The notes under the pieces were generated by a model. The model saw nothing but the letters and a program-made list of their open reading frames with translations, had not been told where the DNA came from and searched no databases. Of a stretch of 40,944 nucleotides of DNA, positions 9,760 through 20,002 are shown piece after piece. The position numbers and the translations under genes are program-made. The stretch lies in the sequence record DRR378314_462. One strand, written 5' to 3'. Numbering within the stretch: position 1 is the stretch's first letter; each line of letters opens with the position of its first letter.

Positions 9760-10371
9760 ATGAAACAGGATTACTGGAACGACAGATATGCCTCTAAAGA
9801 CCTGATATGGTCGGCAGGGCCCAACCAATTTTTTAAGACGGAGGTCGAAAGCCTGTCGGCTGGAGCTGCAATTGACCTTGCCGCTGGCGAGTGCCGCAAT
9901 GCGTTATATTTGGCAGAATTAGGATGGCGGGTAACGGCTGTTGATTTCTCAGATGTTGCGTTGGGAAAAGCTGAAGAAATCGCAAAGTCACGGAACATTC
10001 AAGACCAGATTGACTTCGTTCACGCAGATCTTAATCGCTACAATCTGGCTAAATCCGCGTTCGATTTGGTGGCCCTTATTTATCTTCAACTCCCACAGGA
10101 TCAGATGATCCCCATCATTCAAAAAGCCGTTCACGCGGTTGCCCCGGGCGGCACTTTTTTGATGATTGGTCATCATTCCCAAAACTTGACGCATGGCTTT
10201 GGCGGCCCTCAGAATCCAGATAATCTCTACACAGAGATGGAAATTGTTGGAACCATAAATGGGGAACTTGCCATTGAAAAATCCGAACAGGTCGAACGAC
10301 ATGTTGAAAGCGAAGATGGCCCCAAAACTGCAATAGACTGCCTCGTGCGGGCAACACGTCCCAATCCCTAA
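9760..10371 (+). CDS. Class I SAM-dependent methyltransferase
   Basis: WNDRY...W...PN; IDLAAGECRNALYLA..GW.VTAVDFS; GGP..P motif. Confidence 0.9.
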   Translation: MKQDYWNDRYASKDLIWSAGPNQFFKTEVESLSAGAAIDLAAGECRNALYLAELGWRVTAVDFSDVALGKAEEIAKSRNIQDQIDFVHADLNRYNLAKSAFDLVALIYLQLPQDQMIPIIQKAVHAVAPGGTFLMIGHHSQNLTHGFGGPQNPDNLYTEMEIVGTINGELAIEKSEQVERHVESEDGPKTAIDCLVRATRPNP

Positions 10372-10388
10372 TTTTCAAGGTCCCCTGA

Positions 10389-10616
10389 ATGATCCCCCAA
10401 CGATTTGAACATATTCTTTTTGGTCTCGTCCTTTCTGGGCTGATGTCTTTTATTGTCTCTGGCATTTCGACACTGCGAACCATTGGCTGGCACGACCAGT
10501 TTCACCTTTCCTGGCTGGGAGCCTGGGCACCGTCATGGGCCGTCGCCTTTCCTGTGGTCTTGTTTGTTGCTCCTCTGACCAGACGAATTGTCCACAAGTT
10601 GATTAAATCAACGTAG
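10389..10616 (+). CDS. DUF2798 family small membrane protein
   Basis: IP.RF...LF...LSGLMSFIVSG...W..AW..SW.VAFP....VAP..RRIV pattern. Confidence 0.85.
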   Translation: MIPQRFEHILFGLVLSGLMSFIVSGISTLRTIGWHDQFHLSWLGAWAPSWAVAFPVVLFVAPLTRRIVHKLIKST

Positions 10617-10655
10617 AGCCACTCTCTATATCCAAAGAAAAGGATGCCTGCCCAT

Positions 10656-12584
10656 ATGCAATATCATCTGAACGGCTTTCAACCTGGCGACCCGTCCCTC
10701 CATCGCCTTGAAGATCGGATCTTACGGGAAACAACACACCGAAACTTGCCAACAGATGTCGATATTTTAATCATCGGGTGCGGGCCAGCGGGACTAACAC
10801 TCGCCGCTCAGCTTGCTGCGTTTGACGACATAAAAACCGTTATTGTTGATCAGAAAGAAGGACCGCTGCAACTGGGGCAAGCCGACGGGATCGCCTGCCG
10901 GACAATGGAAATGTTTGAGGCTTTTGGCTTTTGCGAGAAGGTTATGAAAGAGGCCTATTGGGTGAACGAAACATGTTTCTGGCGCCCAAGCGCAGCGGAT
11001 CCGCAAAATATTGAACGCAGCAATGTGATCCAAGATACCGAAGATGGTTTATCAGAGTTTCCCCATGTCATCCTGAACCAGGCCCGCGTTCATGATTTTT
11101 ACTTGCAGGTCATGGAAAATAGCGCCACGGGCCTGAAACCCGATTATTGCCGCAAACTGCAAAACCTGTCGGTTGATCAGCAAGAATCCTATCCGGTGAC
11201 GGCAACATTGCAAAGAACGCATCCTGATCATATGGGGGAAACCGAAACCCTCCGCGCGCGATATGTGGTGGGGTGTGATGGCGGGCGCAGTATCGTTCGG
11301 CAACAACTCGGGCTGGAGCTGAAAGGCGACTCAGCCAATCAGGCATGGGGCGTTATGGATGTTCTTGCCATCACGGATTTTCCTGATATCAGACTGAAAA
11401 CCGTCATCCATTCTGCAAACGAAGGAAATATGCTAATCATTCCGCGAGAGGGCGGATACATGGTCCGGCTTTATATTGAACTGGACAAGCTTCGTGAAAA
11501 TGAGAGGGTCGCCAGCAAAGCAATCACCGCTGAGCATCTGGTCGCTGCGGCAAAACGAATACTGAAACCCCATAGCCTCGAGATTAAAGAAATAGCCTGG
11601 TGGTCGGTTTACGAAATCGGACAACGGCTTTGCGATCACTTTGATAATGTTTCAGATGAGGCTCGCGAAGGCTGTTTTCCCTCCATCTTTATCGCCGGGG
11701 ATGCGTGTCATACTCATAGCCCAAAAGCCGGTCAGGGGATGAATGTCTCCATGGGAGATACGTTTAATCTGGGTTGGAAATTGGCAGCCGTCCTCAAGAA
11801 CCAAGCCCATCCGAAGCTGTTGCATAGCTATTCTTTTGAGCGCCAAAAGATTGCCAAGGAGCTCATTGAATTTGACCGGGAATTTGCAAAACTGTTCAGC
11901 GCACCGCCCAAAACAGGAAAAACACCGGACATAGACGCAGTCGATCCAGCTGAATTTCAACGATATTTTGTTCAGCATGGTCGGTTCACAGCTGGAACCG
12001 CCTTCCAATATCAACCCTCATTACTGACCGGCAACACCGATTATCAATCCCTTGCCCCTGGATTTGAAATCGGAAAGCGATTTCATTCCGCGCCGGTGAT
12101 CCGCCTCTGCGATGCTAAGCCAATGGAGCTTGGACATGCCATTAAGGCTGATGGCCGTTGGCGCATTTTTCTGTTCGCAGATGCGACCAATCCAACGGAA
12201 ATGAACGCCCCGATCCAGCAATTCGTTCCTGAGCTGTTTAATGACCCCAAATCTCCGATCGTTCGTTACACCCCCGCCCTATCAGATCTGGATAGTGTCT
12301 TTGATGTTCGTGTCATTTTTCAACAAGGGCACCGGCATCTGGATTTGCATCAAATCCCTCCCGACCTGATCCTGTCCAAAGGACAATATGGACTTCAGGA
12401 TTTTGAGAAAATATTCTGTCCCGATCTTCATCGACAGCAAGATATCTTTGATATGCGCCATATTGACCGCACACAGGGTGCCCAACTGATCGTTCGGCCG
12501 GACCAGCATGTCGGCGCCATCATGCCCTTGACAGACCTGGACGGACTTTGCCGTTATTTTGATGCTTTTATGCTGTCACCTTAA
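10656..12584 (+). CDS. mobA: FAD-dependent monooxygenase, 3-hydroxybenzoate 4-hydroxylase (MobA)/phenol hydroxylase type
   Basis: MQYHLNGFQPG, GCGPAGLTLAAQLAAF, GQADGIACRTMEMFEAF, QDTEDGLSEFPHVILNQARVHD, GDACHTHSPKAGQGMN, C-terminal dimerisation domain (VRPDQHV); closely resembles Comamonas MobA. Confidence 0.85.
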   Translation: MQYHLNGFQPGDPSLHRLEDRILRETTHRNLPTDVDILIIGCGPAGLTLAAQLAAFDDIKTVIVDQKEGPLQLGQADGIACRTMEMFEAFGFCEKVMKEAYWVNETCFWRPSAADPQNIERSNVIQDTEDGLSEFPHVILNQARVHDFYLQVMENSATGLKPDYCRKLQNLSVDQQESYPVTATLQRTHPDHMGETETLRARYVVGCDGGRSIVRQQLGLELKGDSANQAWGVMDVLAITDFPDIRLKTVIHSANEGNMLIIPREGGYMVRLYIELDKLRENERVASKAITAEHLVAAAKRILKPHSLEIKEIAWWSVYEIGQRLCDHFDNVSDEAREGCFPSIFIAGDACHTHSPKAGQGMNVSMGDTFNLGWKLAAVLKNQAHPKLLHSYSFERQKIAKELIEFDREFAKLFSAPPKTGKTPDIDAVDPAEFQRYFVQHGRFTAGTAFQYQPSLLTGNTDYQSLAPGFEIGKRFHSAPVIRLCDAKPMELGHAIKADGRWRIFLFADATNPTEMNAPIQQFVPELFNDPKSPIVRYTPALSDLDSVFDVRVIFQQGHRHLDLHQIPPDLILSKGQYGLQDFEKIFCPDLHRQQDIFDMRHIDRTQGAQLIVRPDQHVGAIMPLTDLDGLCRYFDAFMLSP

Positions 12585-12636
12585 CCAACGGCAAGGTGAC
12601 ACACCTCTGGAGATTACAGAAAATAATGCTAATCCA

Positions 12637-12666
12637 TTGAAGGGTTTCACGAAGTAACTGTATAAC
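12637..12666 (+). promoter_or_regulatory. Candidate sigma70 promoter
   Basis: TTGAAG-N18-TATAAC upstream of the ORF at 12700. Confidence 0.45.
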
Positions 12667-12699
12667 GGATATTCATTCGAACTGGTTAGTGAGCCCGCC

Positions 12700-13590
12700 A
12701 TGCAATCCCCACTTGAGTTTGTCCGCCATCAGATTGAACAGGAAATTCTGTCCAACTCAGGGGTCGCACTCGCCGGTATTGATTATGAAAACCCGAAAGG
12801 AGATCCGGGACTGTTTGGCCCGGACAGCGCGGCATGGAAAGTCCATCGGGACTTCACATCAATGATTGTCGGAGGGTTTTCTGCACTTCTATTGCAAATG
12901 CTGCACCCCCTCGCCCTTGCCGGGGTTTGGGAATTTTCCAATTTCCGCGATGACATGCTGGGACGATTGCGGCGAACAGCACAATTCATTGCGGCAACCA
13001 CGTATGGCAATCAGGCCGAAGCACTGAAGATCATTGAGAAGGTGAAAAACATACATTCAAATGTCTCTGGTATCGCCAGCGACGGCCGCGCGTTCAGTGC
13101 AATGGACCCGGATCTTCTGACCTGGGTTCATGTGGCTGAAACCCGCAGCTTTCTCTATGCCCGCTTACACTATTTTGCAGATGATCTCACCCCTGACATC
13201 CAGGATCAGTATTTTGCGGAATATGCTGAAATCGCCAGACGTCTTGGAGCCCGGCAAGTCCCCGATACAAAACAGGCTGTAGATGCGTATCTACAAGCCA
13301 TGCGACCCCAGTTGGTTTATGACGAACGAACGGCCGACGTTTTCAAAATCCTTCGAAACCCATCCGTCCAAAGCCGACGGCAAAAAATCTTTGCCCATCA
13401 TGCCATGTTCGCGGCCTATGATCTTCTCCCATCTTTTGCAAAAGAATTTTATCCGCCGATGGCGGGAACAAGAATTGGCATTTCAAAAACCGTCCTTAAA
13501 ACCATTGCGCCGACATACCGCTGGGCCGTGCGCAATGGCGCCTATGCCAAGTCCCTGCGACGAATGGACCTATTGCCAGATAACCCTTAA
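12700..13590 (+). CDS. MpaB/DUF2236 (Lcp-like) oxygenase family protein
   Basis: GDPGLFGPDS.AWKVH, GG..ALLLQMLHP.ALAGV, GRLRRTAQFI..TTYG, DP.LLTWVH.AE. Confidence 0.88.
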   Translation: MQSPLEFVRHQIEQEILSNSGVALAGIDYENPKGDPGLFGPDSAAWKVHRDFTSMIVGGFSALLLQMLHPLALAGVWEFSNFRDDMLGRLRRTAQFIAATTYGNQAEALKIIEKVKNIHSNVSGIASDGRAFSAMDPDLLTWVHVAETRSFLYARLHYFADDLTPDIQDQYFAEYAEIARRLGARQVPDTKQAVDAYLQAMRPQLVYDERTADVFKILRNPSVQSRRQKIFAHHAMFAAYDLLPSFAKEFYPPMAGTRIGISKTVLKTIAPTYRWAVRNGAYAKSLRRMDLLPDNP

Positions 13591-13645
13591 ACCCATTAGG
13601 CCTCGACCCTAATCTCAAAATTCCTCTGATGGATGCGTTAGCTTA

Positions 13646-15337
13646 TTGACAGACACAACCGACCAAAAATCTGAAACAAAAACCCGGCTTCAGCAGCTGA
13701 TGAAACCATCGCATCGCCTTTTGAAAAAGGCGGCAGCCTGTTCCGTCGCTGCATCGATCCTCTGGTATGGTCAGGCGGCCATCATCGCGAGTTTGTTTAG
13801 TGATCTTATCCTTGAGACAGAACCCGTTATTCCGTTCATTATCTTGGCACTCCTGTTTCTGCTGCTTGGGGTTGGCCGCGCAGCTTTAAAATGGAAAAGC
13901 GGGGCGCTAAGCTTCACGGCAACTGATCAGATCATTGCAAATGAACGGCGCCAATTGATCAGTCGGGAGTCACTTGCCAGCCCTATTCAACAGGATGTTC
14001 AATCCGCCGAAATAGCAGCATTACTAGGCGATAAATTAAAAGCTGTTAGCCCGTATCTGATGCATTATATACCTGCCTTCACGCGCGTTCGCATCCTTCC
14101 CGTGATCACACTCTGTATTGCCTTTTCTATTTCTTGGGCAGCAGGTCTCATTTTCCTGATCACCGGACCGCTTATTCCCCTGTTTATGGCGTTGGTCGGC
14201 ATGGCCGCCAAAGAGGCCAGCGAAAAACAGATGCAGGAGATCAGCAACCTCAATATTTTGCTGGTAGAACGCTTGAGAGCATTGACCGATATACGGCTGT
14301 TAAATGCCACCGCCTACAGCGTCAGAAGCCTGCAAAATAGGGCGAGCCAGTTACGAATCCAAACAATGAATGTCCTGAAAGTCGCGTTTTTATCATCCAC
14401 TATTTTGGAGCTGTTTGCCGCCATTGGGGTTGCTCTGATGGCTGTATATATCGGGTTCTCTCTACTCGGTGAATTGAACTTTGGTACATACGGTTCCTCA
14501 TTGACCCTATTCCAAGGGTTATTCCTACTCTTGCTGACACCGGATTATTATCAGCCGCTTCGGGATCTGGCAGCATCCTGGCATGACAAGGCCGCCGCCG
14601 CCGCAGTCGCGGAAGATCTGATACAAATTGAAAAACGCCCCCTTCCCACAATTTCCGGCCAGGGCCTCACCACGACAGCCTTAACATTCAATAGGCCATT
14701 ATCTAGTGCAGGGGTCCGTTTCAAGCTCCCTTCAAGCAACGTAATTGCCTTTCCAGATTTTAAGATCCAGCCCGGCCAGACAATGGCTATCACCGGTCCC
14801 AGTGGAAGCGGGAAATCCACCTATCTTGCCATTCTGGCGGGGCTTTTAAATCCGGCTGAGGGAGAGATAAAAACGGGCCCGGACATCATAGCGCTTGAAG
14901 CAATGGATGAGTGGCGGGCCAATATCGCGTGGATATCCCAAACACCCTATTTTTTAAATGCGAGCCTGCTGGATAATCTGACCTGCGGCCGGGATAATGT
15001 GGGGCATGATGATCTACAGGCCGCGTTGAGACAAGCGAATGCAGCTGAAATTGTTGATCGTTTGCCAAAAGGTCTGGACACCCAGTTAGGAGAAAATGGA
15101 CATGGTGTTTCTGGCGGGGAAGCCCGCCGTTTAATGATTGCCAGAGCAATATTATCTGGCAAACCGGTCATTTTTGCAGATGAACCGACAGCCGATCTGG
15201 ATGCAGAGACGGCCCGTAACATCACCAACAGCCTGTTATCTTTGGCGCAACAGGGAGCCACGCTAATCGTTGCCACCCATGACCTAAATCTTGCTGGTCA
15301 CATGGATCAGCAAGTTGTTTTGGGAAGCCAGAAATGA
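13646..15337 (+). CDS. cydD: Heme/thiol ABC exporter subunit CydD
   Basis: TGPLIPLFMALVG, TM.VL..AFLSS..LELFA, P.YYQPLRDL...WHD; Walker A GPSGSGKS, VSGGE, DEPTADLD. Confidence 0.93.
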   Translation: MTDTTDQKSETKTRLQQLMKPSHRLLKKAAACSVAASILWYGQAAIIASLFSDLILETEPVIPFIILALLFLLLGVGRAALKWKSGALSFTATDQIIANERRQLISRESLASPIQQDVQSAEIAALLGDKLKAVSPYLMHYIPAFTRVRILPVITLCIAFSISWAAGLIFLITGPLIPLFMALVGMAAKEASEKQMQEISNLNILLVERLRALTDIRLLNATAYSVRSLQNRASQLRIQTMNVLKVAFLSSTILELFAAIGVALMAVYIGFSLLGELNFGTYGSSLTLFQGLFLLLLTPDYYQPLRDLAASWHDKAAAAAVAEDLIQIEKRPLPTISGQGLTTTALTFNRPLSSAGVRFKLPSSNVIAFPDFKIQPGQTMAITGPSGSGKSTYLAILAGLLNPAEGEIKTGPDIIALEAMDEWRANIAWISQTPYFLNASLLDNLTCGRDNVGHDDLQAALRQANAAEIVDRLPKGLDTQLGENGHGVSGGEARRLMIARAILSGKPVIFADEPTADLDAETARNITNSLLSLAQQGATLIVATHDLNLAGHMDQQVVLGSQK

Positions 15338-17001
15338 CTGCTCTTTGGCAAATCATCCGTAAAATCTGGGTCCGCGAATGGTGGTCACTGCTTCGGGGCA
15401 CGCTTCTGTCGCTGGCGGTCTTGCTGGCGGGTGCAGCATTATTGGGTCTTTCCGGCTGGTTTATAACAGCTGCCGGGATTGCAGGAATGGCGGGTCTGGG
15501 GATCGCTTTTGACGTCTTCAAGCCCAGCGCCGGCGTTCGATTTTTAGCACTCAGCCGCGCCATTGGCAGGTATGGCGAACGAATGCTGACCCATGATGCC
15601 ACTCTTCGAAGTCTGGCGACGTTGCGCGTAGACATCTTTAAAAACATTCTTCGACAGCCATTTCAGCAATCAGCTAAAATTCGTGCCTCCAGCCAGCTAA
15701 CGCGCCTGACCCTGGATGTAGACGCGCTGGATGGTGTGGCGCTTCGCCTGATCATTCCCATTTTAGCAAGCGGGGCAACCTTAGCGGCTGTGACGATCTT
15801 TTTATGGTTGGTTGTCTCCGCATATGTTAGTCTGATCATTCTGGCAGGGCTAATTCCACTGACTTGCATTGCGTTTTGGCTGATCCTTAAAAAAGCGGGT
15901 CCACCAACACGAGAGGCCCATCTGGCCGACAATGCCCTTCGGACAAAAAGCCTGGATTTGCTTCAAGGGCGAACTGAACTGATCATGAGCGGGCAGTTAA
16001 CGCATCAAATCACCGAAACCCTAAAGGCGGATGCCACGGCCAGAAAAGCCTTGAAGAAAGCTGATCAGGTAGAGCGAACGGGCGGCCTCATCGTGGAAAG
16101 TGCAGAGGCGATCACTGGATCAGCATTACTGCTTTTATGCGTAACCCTGGTTCAAGGCGGCCTTATTGAAGTTGCTATGGGCGCGCTTGCTTTTTATGCC
16201 TTTTTAGGGCTTGGCGAAACAATCCTGCCGCTTCGGCGTGGTATTGCTGAACTGGCTAAAATCAGAGAGGCGGCAAAACGAATTTGGCCATATCTGCAAA
16301 CAGCCCAGACAGACGCCCTGCTACCGTCAGAACCGCCCACAAAGCCCGATGCCGCTTCTGAAATCGCGTTACAATTCCTGGGAGTTACTTATGCACATCC
16401 GGGCGCCCAGAAAGCAATTGTGACAAATTTCGACCTATCCTTAAACCGCGGAGAAATTATTTCCCTGACGGGAGCAAGTGGTTCTGGTAAATCGACACTT
16501 CTTGGTCTGGCAGCTAATCTGATGGCCCCTCAATCTGGGACAATTTTGCTGGAAGGCGACACCCTAAACGACTTGATGGAACCCACCCTTCGACAAAAAG
16601 TTGGCCTTCTCAGCCAACGCTCAACCCTTCTGAGCGGAACGGTTAGAGAAAACCTGACCCTTGGTCTTACCAATATTCAGGATACTGATCTTTGGGAAGT
16701 CTTAAAAGCAGTTCAACTAGAGGCGGTTATCAAAGAAAGAGGCGGGCTTGAAAGCCGCCTTGGGGAAAGTGGGCAAGGTCTGTCTGGCGGGGAAGGACGC
16801 AGACTGGCGCTAGCCCGCATCCTCCTCCGTCAGCCGAAAGTTTTATTACTTGATGAGCCAACCGAAGGGTTAGATCGCGAAACGGCGGATGCAGTTCTAC
16901 AAGGCATTCGCGCGTACCTGCCCAGCGCCACAATAGTGATTGCATCCCACCGGGAAGCGGAGAAAAAAATTGCCGACCGGATAATCGAAATTCAAGGTTG
17001 A
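15334..17001 (+). CDS. cydC: Heme/thiol ABC exporter subunit CydC
   Basis: LLGLSGWFIT, PSAGVRFLALSR..GRYGER..THDATLR.L; Walker A GASGSGKS, LSGGE, LLDEPTEGLD; ATGA overlap with cydD. Confidence 0.94.
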   Translation: MTALWQIIRKIWVREWWSLLRGTLLSLAVLLAGAALLGLSGWFITAAGIAGMAGLGIAFDVFKPSAGVRFLALSRAIGRYGERMLTHDATLRSLATLRVDIFKNILRQPFQQSAKIRASSQLTRLTLDVDALDGVALRLIIPILASGATLAAVTIFLWLVVSAYVSLIILAGLIPLTCIAFWLILKKAGPPTREAHLADNALRTKSLDLLQGRTELIMSGQLTHQITETLKADATARKALKKADQVERTGGLIVESAEAITGSALLLLCVTLVQGGLIEVAMGALAFYAFLGLGETILPLRRGIAELAKIREAAKRIWPYLQTAQTDALLPSEPPTKPDAASEIALQFLGVTYAHPGAQKAIVTNFDLSLNRGEIISLTGASGSGKSTLLGLAANLMAPQSGTILLEGDTLNDLMEPTLRQKVGLLSQRSTLLSGTVRENLTLGLTNIQDTDLWEVLKAVQLEAVIKERGGLESRLGESGQGLSGGEGRRLALARILLRQPKVLLLDEPTEGLDRETADAVLQGIRAYLPSATIVIASHREAEKKIADRIIEIQG

Positions 17002-17033
17002 GGCCTGAAACAACTGTTTGCCTTCAACCAGTT

Positions 17034-17048
17034 GCGGCTGTTTGTCAC
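17034..17048 (+). promoter_or_regulatory. Candidate RegA/PrrA/RegR box upstream of cydA
   Basis: GCGGC-N5-GTCAC versus the RegR consensus GCGGC-N5-GTCGC (one mismatch). Confidence 0.5.
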
Positions 17049-17199
17049 GGGGACTAGCGAGGTTGTTCCTGAGAGTGTTATAGTCCAATTACAACATGTG
17101 ATTTATGCATTGGTGATCTTCTGAAATTATTCTGAAGGCACTCCTCTTCCTCAGCCCGGCACTCCCAACTTTAACTGCCCGGTTCAGAAAGGATACAAG

Positions 17200-18810
17200 A
17201 TGGAATTCGGAGTTGTCGAGCTGTCACGACTTCAGTTTGCTATGACAGCCATGTACCATTTTTTGTTTGTTCCCCTGACCCTTGGTCTTTCCCTGATCGT
17301 TGCGATTATGGAAACTGTTTATGTCATGACCAACCGCCCGATCTGGCGGCAAATGACAAAATTCTGGGGCACACTGTTTGGCATCAATTTCGCGATTGGC
17401 GTTGCAACCGGTATCACCATGGAGTTTCAGTTTGGCATGAACTGGAGCTATTACAGCCATTATGTCGGAGATATTTTCGGCGCCCCTCTCGCCATAGAAG
17501 GGCTGATGGCGTTCTTTCTGGAAGCAACATTCGTTGGCCTTTTCTTCTTCGGTTGGGATAAACTCAGCAAAGTACAACATTTGGTCGTCGCCTGGCTGGT
17601 CGCGATCGGCTCCAACTTTTCGGCTCTGTGGATCCTGATCGCCAATGGCTGGATGCAGAACCCGGTGGGTGCTGAATTTAATCCGATGACCATGCGTATG
17701 GAAATGACCAGCTTCTTTGACGTGCTGTTCAATGAAGTTGCGCAAGCCAAGTTTGTACATACGGTCTCAGCAGGTTATGTGACCGCTGCAGTATTCGTAA
17801 TCGGGGTTTCAGCCTGGTATCTTTTGAAAAACCGCCATATTGAATTGGCACAACGGTCCATTGCCGTGGCGGCAAGCTTTGGCCTGCTGTCGGCCCTTTC
17901 TGTTGTAGTGCTCGGGGACGAGTCTGGATATTCGGCAACTCATTCGCAGAAAACGAAACTGGCTGCAATTGAGGCCATGTGGGACACTCAACCCGCGCCA
18001 GCGCCCTTTACCGTTGTAGGTGTACCGGATCAGGAAGCCCGGGAGACCAAATACGCAGTCCATGTGCCATTGGTCATGGGATTGATCGGAACCCGCTCCC
18101 TCACTCAGGAAATTCCCGGCATTAATGATCTTGTCGCCAATGCAGAAGACCGGATCCGGTCCGGTATCATTGCCTTTGACAACTTGGAAAAGATCCGTGA
18201 TCAAAGAGGCAATGTCGATCAAGCCACCAAAGCCCTATTCGAAGCCCATAGCGCGGATTTGGGATTTGCATTGTTGTTGCGACGATATGTGGATGATCCC
18301 CGACAAGCCAATGAAGAGCAAATCAAGATGGCTGCAGAAGATACCGTTCCAACTGTCTGGCCATTATTTTGGGCTTTTCGGATAATGGTTGCGCTTGGCG
18401 TCACATTTATCGGATTTATGGCTTATTTCTTTTGGCGCGCCAACTTCAAGCGCATGCAATTTCCAAACTGGGCATTAAAAGGCGCGATCCTTATGATCCC
18501 CACCCCTTGGATTGCAGCCGAGCTTGGCTGGTTCGTTGCAGAGTTTGGACGACAACCCTGGACAGTGGACGGTGTATTGCCAACGGCAATGTCTGTCTCT
18601 CACCTGTCTGTTGCGGATCTGTTGATCACGCTGGCAGGGTTTGTTGCCTTTTACACCATCCTGTTCATCATAGAGATGGGTCTGATGATCAAATATATCA
18701 AAAAAGGCCCGTATATGGATGTGAAAGAAACAGAAACCTGGATCGCCCGGCATGAACACCGGTTGCGGACCCATGACGGCAACCTGCCCGACACACAGCC
18801 AGCGGAGTAA
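17200..18810 (+). CDS. cydA: Cytochrome bd ubiquinol oxidase subunit I (long Q-loop)
   Basis: LSRLQFA.TA.YHFLFVPLT, EFQFG.NWS, FFLE, KFVH, QKTKLAAIE, FRIMV, EFGRQPW. Confidence 0.98.
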   Translation: MEFGVVELSRLQFAMTAMYHFLFVPLTLGLSLIVAIMETVYVMTNRPIWRQMTKFWGTLFGINFAIGVATGITMEFQFGMNWSYYSHYVGDIFGAPLAIEGLMAFFLEATFVGLFFFGWDKLSKVQHLVVAWLVAIGSNFSALWILIANGWMQNPVGAEFNPMTMRMEMTSFFDVLFNEVAQAKFVHTVSAGYVTAAVFVIGVSAWYLLKNRHIELAQRSIAVAASFGLLSALSVVVLGDESGYSATHSQKTKLAAIEAMWDTQPAPAPFTVVGVPDQEARETKYAVHVPLVMGLIGTRSLTQEIPGINDLVANAEDRIRSGIIAFDNLEKIRDQRGNVDQATKALFEAHSADLGFALLLRRYVDDPRQANEEQIKMAAEDTVPTVWPLFWAFRIMVALGVTFIGFMAYFFWRANFKRMQFPNWALKGAILMIPTPWIAAELGWFVAEFGRQPWTVDGVLPTAMSVSHLSVADLLITLAGFVAFYTILFIIEMGLMIKYIKKGPYMDVKETETWIARHEHRLRTHDGNLPDTQPAE

Positions 18811-18815
18811 GCAAG

Positions 18816-19979
18816 ATGGTCTTATATGAACTTGTTTCCTATGAATTTCTGCGCATTGCCTGGTGGGGTCTGTTGGGTGTTCTTCTGATTGGGTTCGCTG
18901 TTACAGATGGATTTGACATGGGCGTCGGTGCCCTACTGCCCTTTGTTGCCAAACGGGATGCAGAACGCCGCATTGCCATCAACACAGTTGGTCCGGTTTG
19001 GGAAGGGAACCAGGTCTGGTTCATCCTTGGTGGCGGCGCCATTTTCGCAGCATGGCCGCCCCTTTATGCGGTTTCATTCTCCGGTTTTTATCTGGCAATG
19101 TTTGTTATCCTTGCCGCCCTGATCCTGCGCCCTGTTGCATTCAAATACAGATCCAAACGGGAATGCCCCAAATGGCGGAACAGATGGGATTGGGCACTTT
19201 TCGTTGGTGGTGCGGTTCCTGCCCTGATCTTTGGCGTTGCTGTTGGCAATGTGCTTCAAGGGGTTCCCTTTTATCTGACAGATGAATTGATGCCAATCTA
19301 TGAAGGTAGCTTTTATATGAAGTTTCTTGGCCTTCTGAACCCGTTCGCCCTGTTATGCGGAATAGTTTCTTTTTCCATGTTGTTGATGCATGGGGCGACC
19401 TGGCTGGTGATTAAGGCCGAAGATCCGATTGCCGGACGGGCGCGAAAGATCGGGACTGTTGCCGGACTTATCGCCATCGCAGGGTTTGCACTCGGCGGGC
19501 TGTGGCTGAATTTTGGAATTGACGGCTATCGGATCGTGGGTCCGATCATTACAGATGGGCCGTCCAACCCGCTATTGTCAGACGTCGCGCGCGATCAAAG
19601 TTGGTTGGCAGCCTACGCAGTGCGCCCCTGGATTACCATTGCGCCCGTACTCGGATTTGTAGGCATGATGATGGCCACACTCTCTCTTCGCAGTCAAAGA
19701 GAGTTCGCGCCGTTCCTTTGGTCCAAGATCGGAATTGTGGGCATTATCTCGACGGTGGGGCTCACCATGTTTCCGTTTATCCTGCCATCATCTGTAAAAC
19801 CGAACTCATCGCTAACCGTTTGGGACGCCTCTTCTTCCCACCTCACCTTGTTTATCATGCTTGTGGTGACATTAATTTTTATGCCCATCATTCTCGCCTA
19901 CACGGCATGGGTCTATAAAATCCTTTGGGGTAAGGTGACAGAGGATGACGTCACCAGCAACAGCGATAGTGTTTATTGA
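18816..19979 (+). CDS. cydB: Cytochrome bd ubiquinol oxidase subunit II
   Basis: TDGFDMGVG, GPVWEGNQVW....GGA.FAAWP..YA..FSGFY, SLTVWDASSSH.TL. Confidence 0.98.
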   Translation: MVLYELVSYEFLRIAWWGLLGVLLIGFAVTDGFDMGVGALLPFVAKRDAERRIAINTVGPVWEGNQVWFILGGGAIFAAWPPLYAVSFSGFYLAMFVILAALILRPVAFKYRSKRECPKWRNRWDWALFVGGAVPALIFGVAVGNVLQGVPFYLTDELMPIYEGSFYMKFLGLLNPFALLCGIVSFSMLLMHGATWLVIKAEDPIAGRARKIGTVAGLIAIAGFALGGLWLNFGIDGYRIVGPIITDGPSNPLLSDVARDQSWLAAYAVRPWITIAPVLGFVGMMMATLSLRSQREFAPFLWSKIGIVGIISTVGLTMFPFILPSSVKPNSSLTVWDASSSHLTLFIMLVVTLIFMPIILAYTAWVYKILWGKVTEDDVTSNSDSVY

Positions 19980-20002
19980 AGATCAACAGAAAGGATTGAA
20001 TA

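Noticed and set aside
16996-17029. Terminator after cydC
   Set aside because: An imperfect hairpin (GGTTGAGGC...GCCTTCAACC) exists but has no U-tract; at most a stability element.
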